Source: Candidatus Omnitrophota bacterium
Lineage (GTDB): Bacteria; Omnitrophota; Gorgyraeia; Gygaellales; Profunditerraquicolaceae
DNA length: 64,000 nt
Direction of reading: 5' to 3'
Assembly (NCBI GenBank): GCA_026387265.1
Contig: JAPLLZ010000020.1
Coordinates: 5,413-69,412, forward strand
Below, piece by piece: positions 20,192 to 29,195 of this stretch. Position 1 is the stretch's first letter. Each line of letters begins with the position of its first letter. A program made the translations under genes and the position numbers. The notes beneath the pieces are model-generated. The model saw only the letters and a list, made by a program, of their open reading frames with translations, searched no databases and was not told the DNA's origin.

Positions 20192-20632
20192 ATGAAGAAA
20201 GTTCTTATTGGTCTGGGAATTACCTTTTTAGTAATAATAGTTCTGTTTGCCGTCTTTGGTGGTTTTGCTTTTTTAAATGCAAATAAACTAACGCCTTCTA
20301 TTGAAAAGTTCATAACCGACTTCTACGGACAATACAGACAGAAAAATTTCTCTTATATTTATAGTTCAATGGCTGATGAAAAATTCAGAAGCACTGGTTC
20401 TTTGGCGGATTTTGAAAAACTTATGAACGGAATACACCAAAGATTAGGGTTTGTCAAAGAACGTAAAAAAGGAGCGTGGAGGATTAATTATGCTCCAGAT
20501 GGCACATACTTTAGCATTCAATATGTCGTAACTTACGAAAAAGGTGACGCCACAGACTCATTCGTATTAAAGAAACACGGCGATTCTTGGCTACTGATAA
20601 GTTATAACGTAAATTCAAGAGCACTGTTTTAG
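20192..20632 (+). CDS. Small membrane-anchored protein (DUF4019/DUF3887-like)
   Basis: SD AAGGAG, N-terminal TM, soluble domain ending WLLISYNVNS. Confidence 0.6.
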   Translation: MKKVLIGLGITFLVIIVLFAVFGGFAFLNANKLTPSIEKFITDFYGQYRQKNFSYIYSSMADEKFRSTGSLADFEKLMNGIHQRLGFVKERKKGAWRINYAPDGTYFSIQYVVTYEKGDATDSFVLKKHGDSWLLISYNVNSRALF

Positions 20633-20800
20633 TTTGACACAGATAAATTCCTTTAAGTTGTAGGTATTCTTTATTTCTGGTAGAATTTGATTCCAATTAA
20701 ATTCTATTGGGGCTAATAATTCCGGCATCTCTATTGTAATAACCAAAAATGGTGACCGGTGGTATATAATTCCACTTAGCATAACTGCTATTCCTTAAGT

Positions 20801-22621
20801 ATGAAAATAAAAACTAAAGATTGGTTTATTTTTATTCTTTTGGCGATCCTTAGTTTTGGTTTTTGGTATAGCTTAGAATACCCTCGTTTTGCCTTCCTGA
20901 ATCTTCCATTTGATAAACAACAGGCTTTAGCAGAATCAGATAATTATTTAAGAGCCAAGGGTATAAACACCAAAGACTATACTAAAGCGGTTATTTTTGA
21001 TTCAGATGAAAGTTTTAACCGGTATTTTCAGCACGCCGCTGGTTTTAAAGCTGAGGAAAAATTTATTCTTCAGCAGGATTATGATTTATTCCGTTGGTTA
21101 GTTCGGTTTTTTAAGGAATCTCAGAAAGAAGAGTATTTAGTTTATTTAAGCCCACGCTCTGGAAAAGTTATTAAATTTATACATATAATCGAAGATATCG
21201 AGCCAAGAGTCGATTTGGGAAAAGATATTGCCAAACAAAAAGCAGAAATATTTTTGCAAAGCAATTTTGACATAGATTTGAATGGCTATGATTTTCATGA
21301 AGAGAAGACCAAACGTTTTGAAAAACGTATTGAGTATGTTTTCTCTTGGGAAAAGAAAAACATCTATGTTCCTTGGAAACAAGACCAGGGAGGGGCTAAG
21401 CTGCTGACAGAAGTTACGGTAGCTGGCGATGAAATACAGCAGTTTTGCAAAAATAAATTTGACCTGCCTGATAAATTCCTAAGATATGTCCAAGAGCAGT
21501 TTCTTCTGGGAGAGTATCTCTATAATATTTTTTACGTTATCCTCTTGGTTTTGTTGGCATGTTCAATTAGCGTAGTTTTAAAAAAGAGACAGGAGATTAT
21601 TCCGCGGCTGAGTAAACGCTGGTTTTATTATGCTGCCGGATTTCTGATGATTATTAATACTGCTGATTTTTTTAATAATTTTCAGCACATCCTGATGAAT
21701 TACCCGACGAGCGTACCTTTGAGCTCTTTTTTTGGTTTGTCTATTACGAAGTGGTTATTTAATACAGGTTTTTTGGTAATCGGCTTTATTTTGCCTGGTA
21801 TCGCCGGGGAATCTCTCTGTAGCGAGGAATTCCCGGGAAATAAATTTACTTCATTTTTCTCCTATATTCGATCCGGTTTTTTTAACCGCGGGCTTACCGG
21901 GGCGATTCTATTGGGTTACCTGGTTTGGATAATTATGCTGGGGCTGCAGTCAGTTATATTTTATAACGGGCAAAAATTCTTGGGTATTTGGCGGGAATGG
22001 CATACCATGGTTTATTTTTCCTCTTCTTATATTCCTTTACTTAGTGCGTTTGCTATCGCCGCTAGTGCCAGTTTTGGCGAAGAAATTATCTTTAGGCTTT
22101 TTGGGTTAAGTTTAGCTAAGAAATATTTACGTAGTTTGATTTTGGCGGTTTTAGTAACTTCAATAATCTGGGGTATGGGGCATACCATGTATGCTATTTT
22201 CCCGGTGTGGTTCCGTATAATTGAAATTGCGCTAATCGGGATTTTCTATGGATTTATATTTATTCATTTTGGGATTGTTCCTTTAATCGTGGCGCATTAT
22301 TTATTTGATGTGTTTTGGTGCAGTGCCGCATACTTATTAGGGCAGGGCAGCGGGTATCTTTTTTTTACTTCGATAGGCTTGTTAAGTATTCCATTGGTTT
22401 TTGCATCCACTGCTTATTTCTTAAACCGGCCGCAGCAAGATCAGCCAGTTCGGGAAATACTTGATAAAATTCAAGAATATAACCTGGGTGTTTTAATCGC
22501 ATTTGTGTCTGCCAGAAAATCCCAAGGATGTTCTGCAGAATCGATAAAAGTTGAATTGCTTGCCAATAATTGGGATTATTTATTGGTAAAACTGGCAATG
22601 GATAAAGCGTTCCATGAATAG
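20801..22621 (+). CDS. CPBP/Abi (CAAX-type) intramembrane metalloprotease with extracytoplasmic N-terminal domain
   Basis: GEEIIFR, WGMGH and AHYLFD motifs; many TMs. Confidence 0.85.
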   Translation: MKIKTKDWFIFILLAILSFGFWYSLEYPRFAFLNLPFDKQQALAESDNYLRAKGINTKDYTKAVIFDSDESFNRYFQHAAGFKAEEKFILQQDYDLFRWLVRFFKESQKEEYLVYLSPRSGKVIKFIHIIEDIEPRVDLGKDIAKQKAEIFLQSNFDIDLNGYDFHEEKTKRFEKRIEYVFSWEKKNIYVPWKQDQGGAKLLTEVTVAGDEIQQFCKNKFDLPDKFLRYVQEQFLLGEYLYNIFYVILLVLLACSISVVLKKRQEIIPRLSKRWFYYAAGFLMIINTADFFNNFQHILMNYPTSVPLSSFFGLSITKWLFNTGFLVIGFILPGIAGESLCSEEFPGNKFTSFFSYIRSGFFNRGLTGAILLGYLVWIIMLGLQSVIFYNGQKFLGIWREWHTMVYFSSSYIPLLSAFAIAASASFGEEIIFRLFGLSLAKKYLRSLILAVLVTSIIWGMGHTMYAIFPVWFRIIEIALIGIFYGFIFIHFGIVPLIVAHYLFDVFWCSAAYLLGQGSGYLFFTSIGLLSIPLVFASTAYFLNRPQQDQPVREILDKIQEYNLGVLIAFVSARKSQGCSAESIKVELLANNWDYLLVKLAMDKAFHE

Positions 22622-22711
22622 AAGCACCAATGGTTAACAAAGAGGCTCTGTAGCCTAAAACTAAAATTTTCCTTGCATTTTTAAAGGCTTTATAATATTA
22701 TTAAAAAATAA

Positions 22712-22729
22712 GCCTGCTTATCGGCAGGC
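22712..22729. repeat. Small palindromic element GCCTGC-N6-GCAGGC
   Basis: Perfect 6-bp inverted repeat directly before an SD. Confidence 0.4.
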
Positions 22730-22742
22730 AGTGAGGAGGATA

Positions 22743-22985
22743 ATGCAGAAGTATTTATTTTTCTTAAAATGTTCCAGTGTAGTGATTAAGGTCGCTGCCT
22801 GGATTTTTTTATTTTTCGGAGCTATGGGTTCGGTTCCCTTATTTTTAGGGAAATTTCCTGATAGTCCGCGCTGGATGGGATTGGTAATTCTGGCAGTTTA
22901 TCTGTTTATTTTTTTCGTTTTTTTTCTTATAGCTAAAATGGCGGATATTTTGGTTGAGATTATCGATACAACAGGGAAAGATTAA
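22743..22985 (+). CDS. Small two-TM hypothetical protein
   Basis: GAGGAGG SD, two hydrophobic helices. Confidence 0.65.
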   Translation: MQKYLFFLKCSSVVIKVAAWIFLFFGAMGSVPLFLGKFPDSPRWMGLVILAVYLFIFFVFFLIAKMADILVEIIDTTGKD

Positions 22986-23011
22986 TTTTTAATGTAACCA
23001 AGGAGGCGGTA

Positions 23012-23929
23012 GTGAAGAAAAAAATAATTATATTTACGATAGTAAGTTTGATTTTTGGAGGTTTTTTGGGATGTGATAAATTTAATCCCGCGGCAAAGAA
23101 AAAGGTAGAAGTAAAAGCGGTTATTGCCCAGCCAGCCACAATAGAAGCTAAGGGGCCGGTAGTGGGTAAGGTGAATAATATTTCCATTGGGCTGGATGAT
23201 TTAAATGAAGAAATTAAGGTTTATAATGCTAACGTTCCTGCTGATCGTCCGGAATTGAAAATTGTTACTAGAGAACAAAAGGTAAACTACCTTAAGAATG
23301 AAATGGTCCGTCGGACCCTAATTTATCAACATGCTTTAGATCAGGGGTTAGATCGTAATGAAGAGGTAAGGCAGGCAGTTGAGAAGAATAAGCGGGATCT
23401 TATGGTTTTGCAAGATATTAAGGATATCACCAAGAATATTACTGCAACTTCTAAGGAAGTAGAGGATTATTATAATACCTATAAAGAGCAGCTTAAGGAG
23501 CCGGAGGAAAGAGAAATTTCAGAGATTGTGGTGGGTAGCGAACAAGATGCCCGGGATATTTTAATTCAGCTTCTGCAAGGAGCGGATTTTGCTACTTTAG
23601 CTAGAAGTAATTCGAAAGCTCCCAGTGCTAAAGATGGCGGAAGCCTGGGGTTCATTAAAAAAGGCATAAAATCTGCGCAATTTGATGCGGCGGCTTTCTC
23701 CGATTCTTTAGATGCTGGTAAGATTAGTAGTATATTTAAAACTACCGATGGTTATAATATTGTTAAGTTAGAATCCAAACGCGGAGGTAAACAAAAACCT
23801 TTATCCGAGATGTGGGATGATATTAATCGCGGACTGGTTTTTTTAAAGCAGCAACAGGCGCTTGAAGAATTGATTGGTAAGCTTTCCCGTGATGCTAAGA
23901 TTGAAATATCCGATGGGGAGATAAAATAA
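23012..23929 (+). CDS. PpiC/parvulin-type peptidyl-prolyl isomerase lipoprotein (PrsA/SurA-like)
   Basis: Lipobox FLGC; GADFATLARSNS, DGGSLGF, GYNIVKL. Confidence 0.85.
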   Translation: MKKKIIIFTIVSLIFGGFLGCDKFNPAAKKKVEVKAVIAQPATIEAKGPVVGKVNNISIGLDDLNEEIKVYNANVPADRPELKIVTREQKVNYLKNEMVRRTLIYQHALDQGLDRNEEVRQAVEKNKRDLMVLQDIKDITKNITATSKEVEDYYNTYKEQLKEPEEREISEIVVGSEQDARDILIQLLQGADFATLARSNSKAPSAKDGGSLGFIKKGIKSAQFDAAAFSDSLDAGKISSIFKTTDGYNIVKLESKRGGKQKPLSEMWDDINRGLVFLKQQQALEELIGKLSRDAKIEISDGEIK

Positions 23930-24834
23930 TGGCTATCGAAAAACAGAAACTTATTTTAATAACCGGAGTTGTTTTAGGGATAATGGCAATTGCAATGACT
24001 AAAGTATACCTGGATCAACAGCAGCAGGTTGTTCAGGAGAAGGCTAAGGCTGCGATTGCTAATATACAGTCTAATCAAACAGCTGTTTTAGTGGCCAAAA
24101 AGGATATTCAGCAGGGAGCAGTGGTTGAGGGGGAGATGTTTGAATCGTCAATTGTCCCCAATAAGTTTGTTCAGCCGCAGGCAGTTACTTCTTTGGATAG
24201 AATTTCTGGAATGGTTACTGTTGCACCTATTTCTAAAGGTGAACAGATAAGTCTTTCCAAACTTACCAGTGTCAAACAAGCCGGAGGCGGAAATTTGGCC
24301 GGTTTAACTCCTGTAGGTAAAAGAGCGATTTCCATTGCAGTTGATAATATGGCTACTCTAGCCGGGATGGTTAATCCCGGAGATTACGTTGATGTATTGG
24401 CTATAGTCCAAATCTCTGTGCCAGACCGGGAGGGTAGAGTAATTAGCCAGATAGCAGTAGTGCCGTTATTCCAGAATATTTTAGTTTTGGCTGTAGGGCA
24501 AAATACCGGTACATCTGGTCCAACAAGTAGATATGCAGAAAACGCGCCCGCTTCTTCTGGTGGCAGCAACGGAAGTACTTTAATTACTTTGGCTTTGGGG
24601 CCTCAGGAAGCAAATTTGGTAGCGTTTGTCCAGGAGCAGGGTAAATTACGTTTAGCCATGCGTTCTCCGGCTGATGCTAAGATTGAGCCGATAACACCAG
24701 CTAGCTGGGAGAGTTTTTTCCAATATATTATGCCGCCGCAACCGGAACAAGTTCAGCCGGTGGTAGTGGATACTAATGAATATATTGAAGTTGTGCGTGG
24801 ATTATCTAAGGAAAGAGTGGCTTTATCAAAATAA
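23929..24834 (+). CDS. cpaB: Flp pilus assembly protein CpaB/RcpC
   Basis: SAF domain VLVAKKDI, GKRAISI, PGDYVDVL, VLAVG, LRLAMRS. Confidence 0.9.
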   Translation: MAIEKQKLILITGVVLGIMAIAMTKVYLDQQQQVVQEKAKAAIANIQSNQTAVLVAKKDIQQGAVVEGEMFESSIVPNKFVQPQAVTSLDRISGMVTVAPISKGEQISLSKLTSVKQAGGGNLAGLTPVGKRAISIAVDNMATLAGMVNPGDYVDVLAIVQISVPDREGRVISQIAVVPLFQNILVLAVGQNTGTSGPTSRYAENAPASSGGSNGSTLITLALGPQEANLVAFVQEQGKLRLAMRSPADAKIEPITPASWESFFQYIMPPQPEQVQPVVVDTNEYIEVVRGLSKERVALSK

Positions 24835-24893
24835 AGCTTAATGGAATATTAACATCCGTTATTTTTGTTTTTACTTTAAGCCTATAGAACAAA

Positions 24894-24925
24894 ATCCCGC
24901 CTAATTTTAGGGATAGGTGCGGGAT
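24894..24925. repeat. Intergenic hairpin ATCCCGC...GCGGGAT, similar to the hairpins in the tRNA fragments
   Basis: Inverted repeat atcccgccta/taggtgcgggat. Confidence 0.5.
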
Positions 24926-24937
24926 AAAAGGAGAAAA

Positions 24938-26539
24938 ATGAGAAAGTTATTTGGCCTATTATGTATAGTTATTTTTATAACTGCCTCGCCTTTTAAAGGT
25001 TATTCTGCTAGCGTTGTTGATGATGAAATAAAATTTTATATAGGACAAGCGCAGACCATTGCGGTCAGCTCGCCTAAGCGGGTGGCGATTGGTAATCCTG
25101 CGATTGCTGATGTTGCTGATGTCAGTAAAAGTCAACTGACCATTAATCCCAAGGCAGCTGGTAGTACTACGTTGGTTATTTGGGATAATTTCGGAGAGCA
25201 GTCTTATCGTTTAAAAGTGTTTATTGAAGATACCAGTGAGATTAAACGGCGGATTGATAGTATCCTTTCGTCATTAAATGTTCCGGATGTATATACTAAG
25301 GCTGAAGATGAAGAAGATAGGGTAGTGCTTTTAGGTAATGTAAAGTTTGCTAAAGATAAGGAAAGGATTTCTCTTGCTTTGGCTCCGTTAAAAAACAAGA
25401 TCGTGGATTTAATTGCAGTGAAAGAAGAAGAGGCAGTTATTGAAATTGATGTTCAGGTAATTGAGCTAAATAGAGGATCTCAGGATCAGTTAGGATTTAG
25501 CTGGCCGGGATCTATTAATTTAACGGAAGTAGGATCTCCTGGTATGGCTGCTGCAGGGACAACCTGGGGCAAGCTGTTTAAAGTAGCAGCTGAAACCCGG
25601 GCAGCTTTTACTTTAAAATTGGATGCCTTGATTCAAGAAGGAAAGGCGCGTATTCTTTCCCGTCCGCGGCTTTCGTGCCAGAGTGGTAAAGAAGCTAAAT
25701 TAGTTGTGGGAGGAGAAGTGCCGGTATTAAGCGGTACAGTTACACCTAGTACTACTTCTTCTACGGGAGTTGGAGCTACTACCAGTGGTTCAGTAGAATA
25801 TAAAGAGTACGGCGTAATTATGAATATTAAACCCAGGCTGGAAGAGTCCGGCCGCATACATCTTAACCTAGAGGTAGATGTCAGCGAGGTAGGGGATACG
25901 GTGAGTACCACTTATGCTTTAGCTTATACGATGACCAAGCGTACTGCGACTACCGAACTTTTTCTTGATGACGGACAGACTATGGCTTTAGGTGGTTTAA
26001 TTAAGAAAAAATCCTCTGAAGATTTAAGAAGGATGCCTTGGCTTTCCGATATTCCGGTTTTAGGCCTGTTTTTTAGGCAAAAAACTACCAAAGAAGGTTG
26101 GAAATCCGATACCGATAAAATTAATGATACAGAATTATTTATTATGCTGACTCCGCGTTTAGTCAGCCAGAAAGAGAAACCACAGGTTGAATTAAAAACA
26201 CCGCGCGCCAACATTGATGTCCCGTCAATTAATGATGACAAGATTAAGGATCCAGTTTTGAAATACTCAAAACTGGTGCAGAAAAGAATTTTAGAAAATC
26301 TTGTTTATCCTGCTGAGGCAAAAAAAGCTGGATTCCAGGGTACGGTGAAATTAACCCTTAAGCTTTCGCCTCAAGGCGATTTGTTGGAGGCAAAAGTAAA
26401 AGAAGCATCCAGTTACCGGGCGCTAGATGATGCTGCGGTTAAAATCGCTCAAGAAACCTCACCTTATCCGCCGTTCCCTCTTGAAATTAAGGATAAAGAA
26501 ATCTGGGTGGATATTCCTATAGTTTATCAATTAGAATAA
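24938..26539 (+). CDS. cpaC: Tad secretin CpaC/RcpA with C-terminal TonB-like domain
   Basis: RVAIGNPAIADV, SGKEAKLVVGGEVP, PWLSDIPVLGLFF; tail YPAEAKKAGFQGTV...ALDDAAVK. Confidence 0.85.
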   Translation: MRKLFGLLCIVIFITASPFKGYSASVVDDEIKFYIGQAQTIAVSSPKRVAIGNPAIADVADVSKSQLTINPKAAGSTTLVIWDNFGEQSYRLKVFIEDTSEIKRRIDSILSSLNVPDVYTKAEDEEDRVVLLGNVKFAKDKERISLALAPLKNKIVDLIAVKEEEAVIEIDVQVIELNRGSQDQLGFSWPGSINLTEVGSPGMAAAGTTWGKLFKVAAETRAAFTLKLDALIQEGKARILSRPRLSCQSGKEAKLVVGGEVPVLSGTVTPSTTSSTGVGATTSGSVEYKEYGVIMNIKPRLEESGRIHLNLEVDVSEVGDTVSTTYALAYTMTKRTATTELFLDDGQTMALGGLIKKKSSEDLRRMPWLSDIPVLGLFFRQKTTKEGWKSDTDKINDTELFIMLTPRLVSQKEKPQVELKTPRANIDVPSINDDKIKDPVLKYSKLVQKRILENLVYPAEAKKAGFQGTVKLTLKLSPQGDLLEAKVKEASSYRALDDAAVKIAQETSPYPPFPLEIKDKEIWVDIPIVYQLE

Positions 26540-26540
26540 A

Positions 26541-28700
26541 ATGGCAAGAATAATCGTAATATTCAGCACTAAGGGCGGTGTAGGTAAGACGCTGATTGCT
26601 GCAAATTTAGCCGCCTCTTTAGCTAAAGAGGGCAAACGTGTTTGCGCGGTAGATTTAGATACTCAGGTCGTAGGCGATATGGCGCATGTGCTTGGTGTGA
26701 ATCCGCAAAATTGCATGGCCGACCTGATGAGTTTTCTTAAGAAACAACCGCAGACAACTAAGAAGCAGGATTTTGTAGTTAGGTCTAAATTTAATGACCT
26801 GGATTTTCTTGCCGGGGTCCTTAAACCGCAACAATCCGGATATTTATATCCGGAAAAGATACCCGATGTTTTTTCATTCCTGGATAAAGATTATGATTAT
26901 ATTGTTGTGGATGCCGGGAAAAGTTTTAGTGATGTATTCCTTTCGGCGTTAAACCAAGCAAACCTCATCCTTCTCATTGTCACTCCGGATGCCCTTTCTA
27001 TATACCAGACTAAATGGGCATTGGATACTCTGCAGTTTTTGCATTTTCCTCTAAGCATGGTTAAGCTTTTACTTAATAGGTCTGAATCCTTGTCTAGTAT
27101 AAGCTGGCAGGAGATTCGCGTGCATCTGCCCGTCGATATAATTGCAAGGATTCCGTCGGAAGGCAGATTGGTTAACCAGGCGGTTAATCAAGGAATGCCT
27201 GTAGTTATTGATTCGCCTCGTTCTAAAATTGCCTCAGCTTTTGCCGAGCTTACCAGCACCCTAATTTCTAACAAAGCAATATTTGTAGAGCGTAGGAATC
27301 TTGACCAGATTAAGATGAAAGAAGCAGTAATGGAAAAATCTGGACAATTCTGGGAAACTCAAGGGTTAAAGGAATCAGTTCTTGACCCGGATGCCAGTGA
27401 AGACAGAGATGAAATTTTAATCCTTAAACGCAGGATTCATAGCCGTCTCTTGGAAAGTATGAATATCAAGAAGCTGGATCTTAAGGTATTCAGCGACCAT
27501 AAAAAAGGCGAAGAATTAAAGGGTAAAGCCGAAGCAGTGGTAAGTAATCTTTTAGTGGAAGAGGCAGGTAGTTTTATTCCTTCTCAAGATGTAAGAAAAA
27601 AACTGATTAAGGAAATTTTGGATGAAGCTTTAGGGCTGGGCCCCTTAGAAGATCTTTTGGCTGATTCGGATATTACGGATATTATGGTGAATAATAAGGA
27701 TGAGGTCTATGTCGAGCGTTTTGGCAAAATTGAATTGACCAGCAAGAAATTTATCTCTAATGATCAGGTAAGAACAATTATCGAGCGTATTATTGCTCCG
27801 ATCGGCAGGCGTATTGATGAATCTGTGCCGATGGTTGATGCCCGCCTTACTGATGGGTCGCGAGTTAATGCGATTATTTCTCCGCTGTCTTTAACCGGCC
27901 CGACATTAACGATTAGAAAATTCCGCAAAGAAAGATTTAAGACTAGCGATCTGCTTAATTTTGGGGCGCTTACTCTGCCAATGGCAGACTTTATTAAAGC
28001 CTGTGTATTATGCCGGAAGAATTTAATTGTTTCCGGCGGTACGGGTTCAGGAAAGACGACAGTGTTAAATGCGCTTTCTGAATATATCCCAGAGGGAGAA
28101 CGGATTATAACCTTGGAAGATGCCGCAGAGTTAAAATTAAATCAGCGGCATTGGATAAGGTTGGAATCCCGACCGCCGAACATTGAGGGTAAAGGTGCTT
28201 TAACTATTAGGGATCTTTTCCGCAATACTCTGCGTATGCGCCCGGATAGAATTATTGTAGGTGAATGCCGGGGGACCGAATCTTTAGACATGCTTCAGGC
28301 GATGAATACCGGACATGATGGTTCAATGACTACGATTCATGCTAATTCTACTGCGGATGTCTTGAGCCGTTTGGATTCGATGATTCTTATGTCCGGGATT
28401 GAACTGCCTGCCCGGGCAATCCGCGAAATGGTTTCTTCGGCAGTAGATGTGATTGTGCATACTGCCAGGCTTTCGGATGGCTCAAGAAAAGTTTTGGGTA
28501 TTGCGGAAGTCGCAGGAATGAAAGATGAAATGCATATAAATTTAAATGACATATTTATTTTTAAGCAGGTTGGGGTAGATGCTCAAGGTAAAGTCCTGGG
28601 TTATTTTACCGCTACGGGTTATAAGCCTTCGTTTTTGGATGAGATTCGTGTACGGGGAGTGGCTATTTCGGATAAGATCTTTGAGCCTACCAAGCCGTAA
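26541..28700 (+). CDS. cpaF: CpaE/TadZ (MinD/ParA-like) domain fused to CpaF/TadA ATPase
   Basis: KGGVGKT deviant Walker A at the N-terminus; second half [32 protein letters not shown]. Confidence 0.9.
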   Translation: MARIIVIFSTKGGVGKTLIAANLAASLAKEGKRVCAVDLDTQVVGDMAHVLGVNPQNCMADLMSFLKKQPQTTKKQDFVVRSKFNDLDFLAGVLKPQQSGYLYPEKIPDVFSFLDKDYDYIVVDAGKSFSDVFLSALNQANLILLIVTPDALSIYQTKWALDTLQFLHFPLSMVKLLLNRSESLSSISWQEIRVHLPVDIIARIPSEGRLVNQAVNQGMPVVIDSPRSKIASAFAELTSTLISNKAIFVERRNLDQIKMKEAVMEKSGQFWETQGLKESVLDPDASEDRDEILILKRRIHSRLLESMNIKKLDLKVFSDHKKGEELKGKAEAVVSNLLVEEAGSFIPSQDVRKKLIKEILDEALGLGPLEDLLADSDITDIMVNNKDEVYVERFGKIELTSKKFISNDQVRTIIERIIAPIGRRIDESVPMVDARLTDGSRVNAIISPLSLTGPTLTIRKFRKERFKTSDLLNFGALTLPMADFIKACVLCRKNLIVSGGTGSGKTTVLNALSEYIPEGERIITLEDAAELKLNQRHWIRLESRPPNIEGKGALTIRDLFRNTLRMRPDRIIVGECRGTESLDMLQAMNTGHDGSMTTIHANSTADVLSRLDSMILMSGIELPARAIREMVSSAVDVIVHTARLSDGSRKVLGIAEVAGMKDEMHINLNDIFIFKQVGVDAQGKVLGYFTATGYKPSFLDEIRVRGVAISDKIFEPTKP

Positions 28701-28709
28701 GCAATATTC

Positions 28710-29054
28710 ATGCGCCTGATCAATCAAACTAAAAATGTTGTTTTGGCGGAAAACGTTTTGTTCGCCAACACCCCTTTTAAAAGAATTAAAGGTTTATTAG
28801 GGCAAAAATCCTTTTTGCCTAACCAGGCAGTAATTCTATATCCTTGTAATTCTGTGCATACTTTTTTCATGTGTTTTGCCATAGATATACTTTTTGTGAA
28901 CAAGGATTATAAGGTAATTAAGATTCTTCCCAAGCTTGCTCCCAATAGAATTACCGGTATATGCTGGCGTTCTAGCAGAGTTATTGAGTTACCTGGTGGA
29001 ATGCTGGATCTTACCAATACTCAATCTAAAGATCAGCTTCAACTTTTAGATTGA
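28710..29054 (+). CDS. DUF192-family protein
   Basis: RIKGLLG, SVHTFFMCFAIDILF, VIELP. Confidence 0.8.
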   Translation: MRLINQTKNVVLAENVLFANTPFKRIKGLLGQKSFLPNQAVILYPCNSVHTFFMCFAIDILFVNKDYKVIKILPKLAPNRITGICWRSSRVIELPGGMLDLTNTQSKDQLQLLD

Positions 29055-29137
29055 CCCCCTAAAGAAATATAAAAGATATTTAGTAGATCATTATCGCCCG
29101 TGGTCTTTTTATTAGCTTTATTTTCGTCCAATCTGAC

Positions 29138-29166
29138 TTGACAGATAAGAGAAATAGGGGTATAGT
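29138..29166 (+). promoter_or_regulatory. sigma70-type promoter
   Basis: TTGACA-17 nt-TATAGT upstream of GGAGG SD and ATG 29196. Confidence 0.65.
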
Positions 29167-29195
29167 TTATTAGGAATGTCCAATCTGGAGGATGT

